From assembly GCF_044324875.1 (NCBI RefSeq), contig NZ_CP172185.1: DNA of 64,000 bases. One strand, 5' to 3'. Of the stretch, positions 40,324 through 51,909 are shown in pieces. A program made the position numbers and the translations under genes. How positions within the stretch are numbered: position 1 is the first letter of the stretch; the number at the start of each line of letters is the position of its first letter. Under the pieces are notes generated by a model. It ran no database searches. It was given only the letters and a program-made list of their open reading frames with translations, and was not told the origin of the DNA. The stretch is from Escherichia coli (GTDB taxonomy: Bacteria; Pseudomonadota; Gammaproteobacteria; Enterobacterales; Enterobacteriaceae).

Positions 40324-40984
40324 TACGCATGCACAAGGCCCGCTGGTGTAATCTATCGGGCCTTTATTTTTTTCTGGCAATGTTGAATTTATGCAATCTT
40401 ATTGTACTAACAATGATCCGCTTGTGATCGAATGGTCTTTATTTTATACGGCATGACGCTTTTATTTGTAAAAATTTACATATTGAAAGAGAATTTACTT
40501 TTATTCATAAATTATTTTTCTGGAAGCATTTTTAGGTAAATAATGACTAAAGTGAAAAATATTATTGGGTCTTGATTTTATATTAATTATAGTGTTTTAA
40601 TATTATATCGTTGCGAAATTAATATCACAAGATAGTCATCGCCATGTGATTGTTTTTGACTTTAATTTATTCACTGGATTTTTGCATTTGCCGTTTTTTT
40701 GAACTTATTCTTCATTATTGAGATGAAAAGTTTCAGTAATTATTATCCCCGCCTATTAATTAAGTTTTTCTAACTTTGAATGTTAGAAAATCTAAATTGC
40801 ATCAGTCATATTAAAATATCAACATGTTCGGCACGCCAAAGAATATTATATCAAGGAACCTGTTTTTTCAGGAGCTGACAATCTGTTCATTGGCTGCTTA
40901 AAAGTCGCTGTAAAAATTGAAGAAGCTCTGTGTCAATATTTCAGTTGGCTTATATTCTAATTATTTATGATTTAAGGACAAATA

Positions 40985-41551
40985 ATGAGTAAGTTTGTAA
41001 AAGCAGCAGTTGCCACGGCAATGCTCATGGGGGCGCTGACTTCAGCATCAGTCGTTGCCGCAGGGAACAACGGTACAGTGAGATTTTACGGCACAATTGA
41101 AGACTCCCCGTGCTCAATTGTTCCTGACGATCATAAACTGGAAGTGGATATGGGCAGCATCGGTACGGGTTCTTTAACCGGCGGCAAAACAACCACACCA
41201 AAAGATTTCCAGATTCGTTTACAGGACTGTAATTTCAATACAGAAACGACAATGGCTACCACATTCACCGGTAATCCGTACTCCACTAACGCAGATAACT
41301 ATTCTCTGTCTAACATGGATAATGGAACTGAAATTCCAAACGTTAGCCTGGTTATCGGTGACCAGCACGGTACAGGTTATGCACTGGGGGCAGAGATTAA
41401 GCAACCTATCGTGAAGGACAGTTCAACGGGAAAAGGCAAGCCTAAACAAACTCTGAACTTTAAAGCATGGTTAGTGGGTGAAACGGATGCTGTAACACCA
41501 ACACCGGCACCGTTTGAAACGCTGACGACGTTCCAGATCACGTATCTCTAA
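40985..41551 (+). CDS. yfcV: fimbrial major subunit YfcV
   Basis: 188 aa with signal peptide; first gene of the chaperone-usher cluster. Confidence 0.85.
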   Translation: MSKFVKAAVATAMLMGALTSASVVAAGNNGTVRFYGTIEDSPCSIVPDDHKLEVDMGSIGTGSLTGGKTTTPKDFQIRLQDCNFNTETTMATTFTGNPYSTNADNYSLSNMDNGTEIPNVSLVIGDQHGTGYALGAEIKQPIVKDSSTGKGKPKQTLNFKAWLVGETDAVTPTPAPFETLTTFQITYL

Positions 41552-41622
41552 TGTATTTCCCCCATAGCTGCAAAGTTATGGGGTTTATAACTACCAAATA
41601 ACTAAATTATAAAAAATCATGG

Positions 41623-44274
41623 ATGGATACGCCGATGCCAGAACATTCTTTTCTCCGTTTACGGGGGCTTTCGTGGTGGATTGCTCTGGCGATTTCCGGG
41701 AGTCCATTTAATGCCCTGGCAGACGATACCATTCAGTTTGATGCCCGATTTCTTGATTTAAAAGGCAATACCAAAATTGATTTGGGCCGTTTTTCGCAAA
41801 AAGGCTATGTAGAACCGGGAAAATATAACTTACGCGTTCATGTAAATAATCAGCCGTTACCTGACGACTACGATATCTACTGGTACGCAACTGAAAACGA
41901 TCCGAATAAATCATATGCCTGCTTATCGCCAGAGCTGGTTGCCCAGTTTGGTCTGAAGGAAGATATTGCGAAGAATTTGCAATGGATCCGCGATGGTCAG
42001 TGTCTGAATACGGCACTTTTAGCAGGTACAGAAATTAGCGGCGATTTAGGCCAGTCTGCACTCCTTGTTTCTGTACCGCAGGCTTATCTGGAATATACCG
42101 ACAGCGAGTGGGACCCGCCTTCGCGCTGGGATGACGGTATCCCTGGGCTTATTGCCGATTACAGTATCAACGCGCAAACCCGGCATGAAAATGGGGGTGA
42201 TGACACTAACGACATCAGCGGTAATGGTACGGTCGGCGTTAACGTTGGGCCGTGGCGCTTACGAGCTGACTGGCAGAGCGATTATCAGCATACCCGCAGT
42301 AACGATGACGGCGACACTGACGATAGCGGTACGCAAAAAAACTGGGAGTGGAGTCGTTACTACGCCTGGCGCGCCTTGCCGTCATTAAAAGCCAAACTTT
42401 CGCTGGGCGAAGATTATCTCAACTCCGATATTTTTGATGGCTTCAGTTACATTGGCGGCAGCATCAGTACCGATGATCAAATGTTACCGCCAAACCTGCG
42501 CGGCTACGCCCCCGATATTTCAGGTGTTGCACACACTACCGCTAAAGTGACCGTAACCCAAATGGGCCGTGTCATTTACGAAACCCAGGTACCCGCAGGT
42601 CCATTCCGCATCCAGGATATTGGCGACTCCGTCTCTGGCACGCTGCATGTCCGCATTGAAGAACAAAACGGCCAGGTACAGGAATACGACGTCAGCACGG
42701 CGTCCATGCCGTTCCTGACTCGCCCCGGCCAGGTGCGTTACAAAGTGACAATGGGGCGTCCACAAAACTGGGACCATCAGGTTGCAGGTAGCTTCTTCTC
42801 GGGCGGCGAGGCATCCTGGGGGATTGCCAATGGCTGGTCGCTCTACGGCGGTGCGTTAGCCGATGAAAACTACCAGTCGGCGGCGCTGGGCCTCGGTCGT
42901 GACCTGGCGCTGCTAGGCGCGTTAGCGTTTGATGTCACTCACTCTCGTGTTCAACTCGACGATAACAGCGTGTATGGCAACAAAACGCTGGACGGCAACT
43001 CTTATCGCGTCAGCTATGCCAAAGATTTTGATGAACTCAACAGTCGGGTGACGTTTGCTGGATACCGCTTCTCTGAAAAAAACTACATGACCATGAGCGA
43101 GTATCTGGATGCGAACGACGACGACCGGGCGCGCACCGGTAACGACAAAGAGATGTATACGGTCACCTATAACCAGAACTTCACGGATGCGCGCGTTTCG
43201 GTCTATCTCAACTATTCCCACCATACCTACTGGGATCGCCAGGATCAGACCAACTACAACATGATGCTTTCTCATTATTTCAATTTAGGAAGCCTTCGCA
43301 ACCTGAGCGTTTCTCTGACCGGTTATCGCTACGAATACGATAAAAGTGCCGACAAGGGTGTTTATCTGTCCTTAAGTTTGCCGTGGGGCGACAACAGCAC
43401 TATCAGTTACAACGGCAACTATGGCAGCGGTGCCGACAGCAATCAGGTGAGCCTGTATCACCGCATTGATGACGCCAGCCACTACACGTTAAGCGCCGGA
43501 ACCAGCGAAAACCACAGCAGCGTGGATGGCTACTACAGCCACGATGGCACTCTGGCAAAAGTGGATCTCAGTGCTAACTACCATGAAGGGCAATACACCT
43601 CAGCAGGGATCTCTTTACAGGGCGGGGCAACGCTGACCGCTCATGGCGGGGCACTGCATCGTACACAAAATATGGGCGGCACACGTCTGTTAATCGACGC
43701 TGATGGTGTTGCTAATGTGCCGGTTGAAGGTAATGGTTCCGCCGTTTATACCAACATGTTCGGCAAAGCGGTGGTGGCAGATGTGAATGATTACTACCGC
43801 AACCAGGCTTATATCGATTTGAACAAACTGCCGGAAAACGCTGAAGCTACAAAATCAGTGGTTCAGGCAACGCTGACGGAAGGCGCTATTGGCTACCGTA
43901 AATTTGCGGTAATCAGCGGTGAGAAGGCGATGGCAGTGCTGCGCTTGCAGGATGGCAGCCATCCGCCATTTGGGGCGGAAGTGAAAAACGATAATCAACA
44001 ACAAGTTGGGTTGGTTGATGACGAAGGTAATGTTTATCTGGCAGGCGTTAAACCGGGTGAACATATGACCGTTTTCTGGGAGGGGGAATCTCACTGCGAT
44101 ATCAGCCTGCCAGACCCGTTACCGAATGACCTGTTCAATGGCTTGTTGTTGCCATGCCAGCAAAAGGGAGGAAGTTCTCCCGTCATACCGCATGATATTC
44201 AACCCGTCATTCAGGAGCAGACACAACAGGTGACACCAATGGAACCGCCGATGTCTGTTTCATCGAACCAATAA
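41623..44274 (+). CDS. yfcU: fimbrial outer-membrane usher (YfcU), intact
   Basis: 883-aa uninterrupted ORF; possible later start at MPEHSFLRL. Confidence 0.85.
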   Translation: MDTPMPEHSFLRLRGLSWWIALAISGSPFNALADDTIQFDARFLDLKGNTKIDLGRFSQKGYVEPGKYNLRVHVNNQPLPDDYDIYWYATENDPNKSYACLSPELVAQFGLKEDIAKNLQWIRDGQCLNTALLAGTEISGDLGQSALLVSVPQAYLEYTDSEWDPPSRWDDGIPGLIADYSINAQTRHENGGDDTNDISGNGTVGVNVGPWRLRADWQSDYQHTRSNDDGDTDDSGTQKNWEWSRYYAWRALPSLKAKLSLGEDYLNSDIFDGFSYIGGSISTDDQMLPPNLRGYAPDISGVAHTTAKVTVTQMGRVIYETQVPAGPFRIQDIGDSVSGTLHVRIEEQNGQVQEYDVSTASMPFLTRPGQVRYKVTMGRPQNWDHQVAGSFFSGGEASWGIANGWSLYGGALADENYQSAALGLGRDLALLGALAFDVTHSRVQLDDNSVYGNKTLDGNSYRVSYAKDFDELNSRVTFAGYRFSEKNYMTMSEYLDANDDDRARTGNDKEMYTVTYNQNFTDARVSVYLNYSHHTYWDRQDQTNYNMMLSHYFNLGSLRNLSVSLTGYRYEYDKSADKGVYLSLSLPWGDNSTISYNGNYGSGADSNQVSLYHRIDDASHYTLSAGTSENHSSVDGYYSHDGTLAKVDLSANYHEGQYTSAGISLQGGATLTAHGGALHRTQNMGGTRLLIDADGVANVPVEGNGSAVYTNMFGKAVVADVNDYYRNQAYIDLNKLPENAEATKSVVQATLTEGAIGYRKFAVISGEKAMAVLRLQDGSHPPFGAEVKNDNQQQVGLVDDEGNVYLAGVKPGEHMTVFWEGESHCDISLPDPLPNDLFNGLLLPCQQKGGSSPVIPHDIQPVIQEQTQQVTPMEPPMSVSSNQ

Positions 44275-44293
44275 CGTGATTAAGGAATGATCC

Positions 44294-45043
44294 ATGACTA
44301 AATATCGCTCTGCCAAAACATTGACAACGGTACTGTCGTTACTGGCAGCAACGGTAAGTTTTTCTACCCAGGCGTCAGTAACGCCCGATCGTACTCGCCT
44401 GATTTTTAATGAAAGCGATAAATCTATCAGTGTGACGCTGCGTAATAACGACCCCAAACTGCCTTATCTGGCGCAAAGCTGGATTGAAGATGAAAAGGGC
44501 GTCAAGATCAGCTCGCCGCTGGCGGTATTGCCGCCTGTACAGCGCATTGAAGCAATGATGAATGGCCAGGTTAAAATTCAGGGCCTGCCGGATATTCATA
44601 AATTACCTGCCGATCGGGAATCGATGTTCTATTTCAACGTGCGCGAAATTCCGCCGAAATCGAACAAATCCAACACGCTACAAATCGCTCTTCAGACGCG
44701 TATCAAACTTTTCTGGAGACCGAAAGCTCTGGAAAAAAACACCACGCAAAACCCGTGGCAGCATAAAGTGACCTTAACCCGCAACGGTCAGGAATTTACC
44801 GTTAATAACCCGACGCCGTATTACGTCATTTTCAGTAATGCCAGCGCACAGAAAAATGGCAATCCGGCAGCCGGTTTCTCGCCAATAGTGATGTCGCCGA
44901 AAACCTCTGCACCGCTGAATGTGAAGATGGGGAGTGTGCCGGTACTGACCTATGTCAACGACTATGGCGCTCGGATGCCGCTCTTTTTCACCTGCAACGG
45001 TAACAGTTGCCAGGTTGATGAAGAGCAGAGCCGCAAAGGCTGA
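44294..45043 (+). CDS. yfcS: fimbrial periplasmic chaperone YfcS
   Basis: 249 aa, PapD-like chaperone with signal peptide. Confidence 0.85.
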   Translation: MTKYRSAKTLTTVLSLLAATVSFSTQASVTPDRTRLIFNESDKSISVTLRNNDPKLPYLAQSWIEDEKGVKISSPLAVLPPVQRIEAMMNGQVKIQGLPDIHKLPADRESMFYFNVREIPPKSNKSNTLQIALQTRIKLFWRPKALEKNTTQNPWQHKVTLTRNGQEFTVNNPTPYYVIFSNASAQKNGNPAAGFSPIVMSPKTSAPLNVKMGSVPVLTYVNDYGARMPLFFTCNGNSCQVDEEQSRKG

Positions 45044-45058
45044 GGCCGGGAGTGTGAG

Positions 45059-45550
45059 ATGAAACGACTACTTTTGGCCGGGCTGGGAGGAGTGCTGCTT
45101 ACGGGCAGTGCTCTTGCCGGTGAAACGAAAAGTGTGCCATTGACATTGCGCGTACTGGTAGACCCACCACCTCCTTGTACCGTAAAAGGCAGTAACGTCG
45201 ATTTTGGTGATGTGATCATCAAAAAAATCAATGGTACTGAATATCGCAAAGATGCAGGTTATACCCTGAACTGTGCCAATAGCCTGAGCGATGACCTTCA
45301 GATGCAGTTTAAGGGCACAACCACCACGATCAATGGCGAAACGGTGTTAAGCACGGGAATTACCGGGTTTGGCATTCGTATTGAAAATGCAGCAGATAAC
45401 TCTCTGTTTGCGATTGGCGACAATACCTGGACTCCATTTAGCGTCAGTAGCCAGCCACAACTAAAAGCAGTGCCAGTCAAACAGAATGGCGTGACGCTGA
45501 CAGGCGCACAGTTTAACGCCAGCATGACAATGGTGGTGGATTACCAATGA
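45059..45550 (+). CDS. yfcR: fimbrial minor subunit YfcR
   Basis: 163 aa, signal peptide; operon position. Confidence 0.8.
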   Translation: MKRLLLAGLGGVLLTGSALAGETKSVPLTLRVLVDPPPPCTVKGSNVDFGDVIIKKINGTEYRKDAGYTLNCANSLSDDLQMQFKGTTTTINGETVLSTGITGFGIRIENAADNSLFAIGDNTWTPFSVSSQPQLKAVPVKQNGVTLTGAQFNASMTMVVDYQ

Positions 45551-46026
45551 AACGACTCTCGTTAATTTTATTATCCGCTTTTTGCACCATAACGCATGCC
45601 GCACCGGAAGATATCACCTTCACGGGTACGCTGATCGAACCTCCGGTCTGCACCGTCAGCAATGGTGATGATATTGAGATCCAGTTTATCGACGTCATTA
45701 TCGACAATATTGACGGGGTTAATTACCGCAAAGATGTTCCGTACCAGATAACGTGTGACCCTGATATTACCGATGACGCCTGGGTAATGACGCTAACCTG
45801 GACCGGTACACAGACCAACTATAACGATGCGGCGATTCAGACGGATGTCACGGGATTAGGGATTGAACTCCAGCAAAACGGTCAGCCCTTTAAGCTGAAT
45901 ACCCCGCTTAACGTGACACCCGCCAACCTGCCGAAGTTGAAGGCCGCACCTGTAAAAGCTTCCGATGCCACGCTGACTGACGGTAACTTTTCCGCTTACG
46001 CCACATTGCAGGTGGATTATCAATGA
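45547..46026 (+). CDS. yfcQ: fimbrial minor subunit YfcQ
   Basis: 159 aa; C-terminal TLQVDYQ strand like its neighbours; 4-bp overlap with yfcR. Confidence 0.8.
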   Translation: MKRLSLILLSAFCTITHAAPEDITFTGTLIEPPVCTVSNGDDIEIQFIDVIIDNIDGVNYRKDVPYQITCDPDITDDAWVMTLTWTGTQTNYNDAAIQTDVTGLGIELQQNGQPFKLNTPLNVTPANLPKLKAAPVKASDATLTDGNFSAYATLQVDYQ

Positions 46027-46568
46027 ACAAACTGAAGAAATATCAATGTATCAGGGTGCAAACCTTTCTGTTGGGCGGTGTGCTGGTGCTGGCGAGTCAT
46101 TCAGCACTGGCAGCTAATAATTTGCATTTTTACGGCAACCTGATGAGCAAAACCTGTACTCCGGTGGAACAGGCTGGAACGTTGGCAGAGGTACAGTTTG
46201 CGAATATTAGCCACAAAGATTTGATGGTGCGCGGTCAGTCCGATCGTGTACCGGTGGTTTTTCGCCTGAAAGATTGCCGTGGGCCAGCGCAGTACAGCGT
46301 AAAAGTTACTCTGACCGGAACAGAAGACAGTGGGCAACCGGGATTTCTGGCTCTGGATGATACCTCTGGTGCACAGGGCGTAGGCATTGGTATGGAAACT
46401 ACTGATGGTACTGCTGTTGCTATTAATAACACGACGGGAGTGACCTTTGTGCTGAATGATGGCAATAACAGTCTTAATTTCAGAGCATGGTTACAGGCAA
46501 AAGAGGGGCGTGATGTAACACCTGGTAATTTTACCGCCCAGTTAACCGCAACGTTTGAGTATATTTAA
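46023..46568 (+). CDS. yfcP: fimbrial subunit YfcP
   Basis: 181 aa, signal peptide; operon position. Confidence 0.8.
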   Translation: MNKLKKYQCIRVQTFLLGGVLVLASHSALAANNLHFYGNLMSKTCTPVEQAGTLAEVQFANISHKDLMVRGQSDRVPVVFRLKDCRGPAQYSVKVTLTGTEDSGQPGFLALDDTSGAQGVGIGMETTDGTAVAINNTTGVTFVLNDGNNSLNFRAWLQAKEGRDVTPGNFTAQLTATFEYI

Positions 46569-47433
46569 GATGAAAATAATGCGCTGGATTTTGGGCCTGC
46601 TGATATCACTTTTCTTCAGTACAGCAGTTCAGGCGAATGTCATTGTTGCAACAATGTATACACCGATAGGGTATGCAAGCTATTCTACGAAGATAACTTA
46701 TTATCTTGATGTTCTTACCCCCGATAGCGTCAATCACGGTGTTTATGAGACACCAAATAACACCGGTTTAATCACTGGATGGATACCTTTGAAAAGCTGG
46801 ACGGGACCTGGCCCTGCACCATCATTAAAAGTCATATCGATGACAGCGATATCACAATCATCTTGTCCGGGGCTTGCAGAGTATGACAGCCGTGCGCAAA
46901 GGACGATGTGGACTTGTTATGAAATACGAATGGAAGTCTGGAAGGAAGACTCCAGCGTTCATGGCTGCCCGTGGCTGGTATCGACACATGCAGATAGCAT
47001 TGATCTTATTGATCCTGCTCCGGGAACCTATTCCGGACGCACAGTCAGTAACTCTTCTTGTCCACCTATACCGTTAGGGCCTTATGATGTCTCCTGGAAT
47101 GAAAGTCGGGTTGTGCATGATAAGACGTTAGCGCTCCAGTCTACCGGCGGGATAATTGAAAAAACGCTCTCCACCTACCTGATGAAAGACGGCAAACTGT
47201 GTGACGGCAGCAAATTTGGTGATACTGACGATCGTGGTGCTTATTGTCGTTGGGTGTCGCAGATGCTCACCTTCACCTCATCGGGCTGTGACAATGCCAA
47301 AGTGACGGTAACACCAAATCGTCACCCCATTACCGACAAAGAGCTTCATGATATGGTGCTTCGCGTGGATACCACCTCGCGGCAACCTATTGATTCTACC
47401 TGTCGATTCCAGTACGTACTGAATATGCTGTAG
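46555..47433 (+). CDS. yfcO: fimbrial tip adhesin-like protein YfcO
   Basis: 292-aa ORF (start may be the later Met at MKIMRWILGLL); last gene of the operon. Confidence 0.75.
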   Translation: MSIFKMKIMRWILGLLISLFFSTAVQANVIVATMYTPIGYASYSTKITYYLDVLTPDSVNHGVYETPNNTGLITGWIPLKSWTGPGPAPSLKVISMTAISQSSCPGLAEYDSRAQRTMWTCYEIRMEVWKEDSSVHGCPWLVSTHADSIDLIDPAPGTYSGRTVSNSSCPPIPLGPYDVSWNESRVVHDKTLALQSTGGIIEKTLSTYLMKDGKLCDGSKFGDTDDRGAYCRWVSQMLTFTSSGCDNAKVTVTPNRHPITDKELHDMVLRVDTTSRQPIDSTCRFQYVLNML

Positions 47434-47452
47434 TAGCTCGTCGTTGTGCACT

Positions 47453-47489
47453 GATGCCTGATGCGACGCTGAAGCGTCTTATCAGGCAT
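47453..47489. repeat. REP-like palindromic element
   Basis: gatgcctgatgcgacgctgaagcgtcttatcaggcatt, imperfect palindrome between yfcO and smrB. Confidence 0.6.
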
Positions 47490-47502
47490 TCGATGCCAGC
47501 AT

Positions 47503-48054
47503 TCACGGTAATTCCGGCGGCAACCACTCATCCACTTCAATCAACACCAGCAATGCCGCATCACCACCGTACTCTTTTGGTGCCTGGTGAAATGCCATCA
47601 CATGCGGATGTTGCGCCAGCCACAGCGGCGTTTGCTGCTTCAAAATATGCTTCCCATGACCATGCATCACGCAGGCACAAAACACATGTTCGCGGCGACA
47701 GGCGGCAATCAATGCGCCTAACTCCTGCTTGGCTTGTAGCTGCGTCAAACCGTGCAAATCCAAAAACAGCTCCGGTGAATAATCGCCACGGCGTAACTTC
47801 TTCGCCTCAAAATGGCTTACATCCGGGCGAACATATTTGACCGGACCTTCGGTATTTAATAACGGCTGAAACTCATCGGAAAAATAATGGCTGGCATCGG
47901 CCTGCTCCTGAATCAACCGTTTAACCGGCACTTCGCTGATTTTCTTACGCTGCGGTCGGTGGACAATCGTGTCCTGCTTAATCTTGCGAGTCCCCGCCAT
48001 CAACTGGCGAAACAGAGCCTGGTCCTCCTCGCTAAGTGTTGTTTTCTTTTTCAT
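47503..48054 (-). CDS. smrB: ribosome rescue endonuclease SmrB (Smr domain)
   Basis: 183 aa, [28 protein letters not shown]...; conserved position next to prmB. Confidence 0.95.
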
Positions 48055-48219
48055 TTATCTGTCTCTATTTCTAATTTTCCTACAGTTTACCCGACTCGTA
48101 GCGCAATCGATCGTTTTAAACGTATTTTTCCTCACTCACCGCGCGTGAATGCTGATTTATCGTCATCTTCATGGCAAACTAGCCGCCGAAATTATTGCGA
48201 TCATGCCCTGGAGGAATAC

Positions 48220-49152
48220 GTGGATAAAATTTTCGTTGATGAAGCAGTAAATGAGCTGCAAACCATTCAGGACATGTTGCGCTGGTCGGTGAGCCGCTTC
48301 AGCGCGGCGAATATCTGGTACGGTCACGGCACTGACAACCCGTGGGATGAAGCCGTACAGCTGGTGTTGCCTTCGCTCTACCTGCCGCTGGATATCCCGG
48401 AAGATATGCGCACCGCGCGTCTGACCTCCAGCGAAAAACACCGTATTGTTGAACGCGTGATCCGCCGCGTCAATGAACGCATTCCGGTGGCTTACCTGAC
48501 CAACAAAGCGTGGTTCTGCGGTCATGAATTTTACGTCGATGAACGTGTGCTGGTGCCGCGCTCGCCGATTGGTGAACTGATTAACAATAAATTTGCCGGA
48601 CTCATAAGCAAGCAACCGCAGCATATTTTAGATATGTGTACCGGTAGCGGCTGCATCGCCATTGCTTGTGCTTATGCCTTCCCGGATGCGGAAGTTGACG
48701 CGGTGGATATCTCTCCCGACGCGCTGGCGGTTGCTGAACAGAACATCGAAGAACACGGTCTGATCCACAACGTCATTCCGATTCGCTCTGATCTGTTCCG
48801 TGATTTACCGAAAGTGCAGTACGACCTGATTGTCACTAACCCGCCGTATGTCGATGCGGAAGATATGTCCGACCTGCCAAATGAGTACCGTCACGAGCCG
48901 GAACTGGGCCTGGCATCTGGCACCGACGGCCTGAAACTGACGCGTCGCATTCTCGGAAACGCGGCAGATTACCTCGCTGATGATGGCGTGCTGATTTGTG
49001 AAGTGGGCAACAGCATGGTACATCTTATGGAACAATATCCGGATGTTCCGTTCACCTGGCTGGAGTTTGATAACGGCGGCGATGGTGTGTTTATGCTCAC
49101 CAAAGAGCAGCTGCTGGCGGCCCGTGAACATTTCGCGATTTATAAAGATTAA
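48220..49152 (+). CDS. prmB: ribosomal protein L3 glutamine methyltransferase PrmB
   Basis: 310 aa from a GTG start with RBS GGAGGAA; methyltransferase motifs [12 protein letters not shown] and NPPY. The ORF-track extension back to 47887 overlaps smrB. Confidence 0.9.
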   Translation: MDKIFVDEAVNELQTIQDMLRWSVSRFSAANIWYGHGTDNPWDEAVQLVLPSLYLPLDIPEDMRTARLTSSEKHRIVERVIRRVNERIPVAYLTNKAWFCGHEFYVDERVLVPRSPIGELINNKFAGLISKQPQHILDMCTGSGCIAIACAYAFPDAEVDAVDISPDALAVAEQNIEEHGLIHNVIPIRSDLFRDLPKVQYDLIVTNPPYVDAEDMSDLPNEYRHEPELGLASGTDGLKLTRRILGNAADYLADDGVLICEVGNSMVHLMEQYPDVPFTWLEFDNGGDGVFMLTKEQLLAAREHFAIYKD

Positions 49153-49186
49153 GTAAACACGCAAACACAACAATAACGGAGCCGTG

Positions 49187-50272
49187 ATGGCTGGAAACAC
49201 AATTGGACAACTCTTTCGCGTAACCACCTTCGGCGAATCGCACGGGCTGGCGCTCGGCTGCATCGTCGATGGTGTTCCGCCAGGCATTCCGCTGACGGAA
49301 GCGGACCTGCAACATGACCTTGATCGTCGTCGCCCTGGGACATCGCGCTATACCACCCAGCGCCGCGAGCCGGATCAGGTCAAAATACTCTCCGGTGTTT
49401 TTGAAGGTGTTACTACTGGCACCAGCATTGGCTTGTTGATCGAAAATACCGACCAGCGTTCTCAGGATTACAGCGCCATTAAAGACGTTTTCCGTCCAGG
49501 CCATGCCGATTACACCTACGAACAAAAATACGGTCTGCGCGATTATCGCGGCGGCGGGCGCTCTTCCGCCCGCGAAACCGCCATGCGCGTGGCGGCAGGG
49601 GCGATTGCCAAAAAATATCTCGCCGAGAAATTTGGCATTGAGATTCGCGGCTGCCTGACCCAGATGGGTGACATTCCGCTGGAAATCAAAGACTGGTCGC
49701 AGGTCGAGCAAAATCCGTTTTTCTGCCCGGACCCGGACAAAATCGACGCGTTAGATGAACTGATGCGCGCGCTGAAAAAAGAGGGCGACTCCATCGGTGC
49801 GAAAGTCACCGTTGTTGCCAGTGGCGTCCCCGCCGGACTTGGCGAGCCGGTCTTTGACCGCCTGGATGCCGACATCGCCCATGCGCTGATGAGCATCAAC
49901 GCGGTGAAAGGCGTAGAAATTGGTGATGGTTTTGAAGTGGTAGCGCTGCGTGGCAGCCAGAACCGCGACGAAATCACCAAAGACGGTTTCCAGAGCAACC
50001 ATGCGGGCGGCATTCTTGGCGGTATCAGCAGCGGGCAGCAAATCATTGCCCATATGGCGCTGAAGCCAACCTCCAGCATTACCGTGCCAGGGCGCACAAT
50101 CAACCGCTTTGGCGAAGAAGTTGAGATGATCACCAAAGGCCGTCACGATCCTTGTGTCGGGATCCGAGCGGTGCCGATCGCAGAAGCGATGCTGGCGATC
50201 GTTTTAATGGATCACCTGTTACGGCAGCGGGCGCAAAATGCCGATGTGAAGACTGATATTCCACGCTGGTAA
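49187..50272 (+). CDS. aroC: chorismate synthase AroC
   Basis: 361 aa [33 protein letters not shown]. Confidence 0.95.
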   Translation: MAGNTIGQLFRVTTFGESHGLALGCIVDGVPPGIPLTEADLQHDLDRRRPGTSRYTTQRREPDQVKILSGVFEGVTTGTSIGLLIENTDQRSQDYSAIKDVFRPGHADYTYEQKYGLRDYRGGGRSSARETAMRVAAGAIAKKYLAEKFGIEIRGCLTQMGDIPLEIKDWSQVEQNPFFCPDPDKIDALDELMRALKKEGDSIGAKVTVVASGVPAGLGEPVFDRLDADIAHALMSINAVKGVEIGDGFEVVALRGSQNRDEITKDGFQSNHAGGILGGISSGQQIIAHMALKPTSSITVPGRTINRFGEEVEMITKGRHDPCVGIRAVPIAEAMLAIVLMDHLLRQRAQNADVKTDIPRW

Positions 50273-50275
50273 AAA

Positions 50276-51100
50276 ATGAACAAAACCGCGATTGCGCTGC
50301 TGGCCCTGCTTGCCAGTAGCGCCAGCCTGGCAGCGACGCCGTGGCAAAAAATAACCCAACCTGTGCCGGGTAGCGCACAATCGATAGGCAGTTTTTCTAA
50401 TGGTTGTATCGTCGGCGCTGACACGCTGCCGATACAGTCCGAACATTATCAGGTCATGCGTACCGATCAGCGTCGCTATTTCGGACATCCGGATCTGGTG
50501 ATGTTTATCCAGCGTCTGAGTAGCCAGGTGAGCAATCTGGGCTTGGGCACGGTGCTGATTGGCGATATGGGGATGCCTGCTGGTGGTCGTTTCAACGGCG
50601 GTCACGCCAGCCACCAGACCGGACTGGATGTGGACATCTTCCTGCAACTGCCAAAAACACGCTGGACCTCCGCGCAGCTCTTGCGCCCGCAAGCGTTAGA
50701 TTTAGTTTCCCGCGACGGTAAACACGTTGTTCCGACGCTGTGGAAGCCAGAAATTTTCAGCTTGATCAAACTCGCCGCCCAGGACAAAGACGTCACGCGC
50801 ATTTTTGTTAATCCGGCGATTAAACAACAACTTTGCCTTGATGCGGGCACCGATCGCGACTGGTTGCGCAAAGTGCGACCCTGGTTCCAGCATCGCGCGC
50901 ATATGCATGTACGATTACGTTGTCCTGCCGATAGTCTGGAGTGTGAAGATCAACCTTTACCGCCACCAGGCGATGGTTGCGGGGCAGAACTGCAAAGCTG
51001 GTTTGAACCTCCAAAACCGGGAACAACAAAGCCTGAGAAGAAGACACCGCCTCCGTTGCCGCCTTCCTGCCAGGCGCTACTGGATGAGCACGTGATCTAA
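50276..51100 (+). CDS. mepA: penicillin-insensitive murein endopeptidase MepA
   Basis: 274 aa with signal peptide; conserved position after aroC. Confidence 0.95.
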   Translation: MNKTAIALLALLASSASLAATPWQKITQPVPGSAQSIGSFSNGCIVGADTLPIQSEHYQVMRTDQRRYFGHPDLVMFIQRLSSQVSNLGLGTVLIGDMGMPAGGRFNGGHASHQTGLDVDIFLQLPKTRWTSAQLLRPQALDLVSRDGKHVVPTLWKPEIFSLIKLAAQDKDVTRIFVNPAIKQQLCLDAGTDRDWLRKVRPWFQHRAHMHVRLRCPADSLECEDQPLPPPGDGCGAELQSWFEPPKPGTTKPEKKTPPPLPPSCQALLDEHVI

Positions 51101-51909
51101 TGGAAACGTTTAATAGCCTGTTTATGGTTTCCCCGCTGTTGCTGGGAGTTCTCTTTTTTGTCGCCATGCTGGCGGGATTTATCGACTCGATTGCCGGTGG
51201 CGGTGGGTTACTCACCATTCCGGCATTGATGGCGGCGGGGATGTCTCCCGCTAACGCGCTGGCAACCAATAAACTGCAAGCCTGCGGCGGCTCTATTTCC
51301 GCCACTATCTACTTTATTCGCCGCAAAGTGGTTAGTTTAAGCGATCAGAAACTCAATATCGCCATGACCTTTGTCGGCTCAATGAGCGGCGCATTGCTGG
51401 TGCAGTATGTTCAGGCTGATGTCTTACGGCAGATTTTGCCCATTCTGGTGATTTGTATCGGCCTCTATTTCTTGCTGATGCCAAAGCTGGGTGAAGAAGA
51501 TCGCCAGCGCCGGATGTACGGTTTACCCTTCGCGTTAATTGCCGGTGGCTGCGTCGGTTTTTATGACGGCTTCTTTGGTCCGGCAGCGGGATCGTTTTAC
51601 GCGCTGGCCTTTGTTACGCTGTGCGGATTCAACCTCGCCAAAGCCACGGCTCACGCCAAATTACTCAACGCAACGTCAAATATCGGCGGTTTACTGCTGT
51701 TTATTCTCGGTGGCAAAGTGATTTGGGCGACAGGATTCGTGATGCTGGTGGGGCAGTTCCTCGGCGCGCGCATGGGTTCACGACTGGTGTTGAGCAAAGG
51801 ACAAAAGCTGATCCGCCCGATGATCGTTATCGTCTCAGCGGTGATGAGTGCCAAATTACTTTACGATAGCCACGGACAGGAGATCCTCCACTGGTTGGGG
51901 ATGAACTAA
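51100..51909 (+). CDS. yfcA: inner membrane protein YfcA (TauE/SafE family)
   Basis: 269-aa polytopic membrane protein; synteny. Confidence 0.9.
   Translation: METFNSLFMVSPLLLGVLFFVAMLAGFIDSIAGGGGLLTIPALMAAGMSPANALATNKLQACGGSISATIYFIRRKVVSLSDQKLNIAMTFVGSMSGALLVQYVQADVLRQILPILVICIGLYFLLMPKLGEEDRQRRMYGLPFALIAGGCVGFYDGFFGPAAGSFYALAFVTLCGFNLAKATAHAKLLNATSNIGGLLLFILGGKVIWATGFVMLVGQFLGARMGSRLVLSKGQKLIRPMIVIVSAVMSAKLLYDSHGQEILHWLGMN

Noticed and set aside
47887..48219. N-terminal extension of the prmB ORF back to 47887
   Set aside because: Overlaps the convergent smrB gene; a GTG start with a good RBS at 48220 gives the expected 310-aa PrmB.
49097..51305. Several 130-200-aa ORFs antisense to aroC and mepA
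   Set aside because: Antisense to well-supported conserved genes; typical GC-rich spurious frames.
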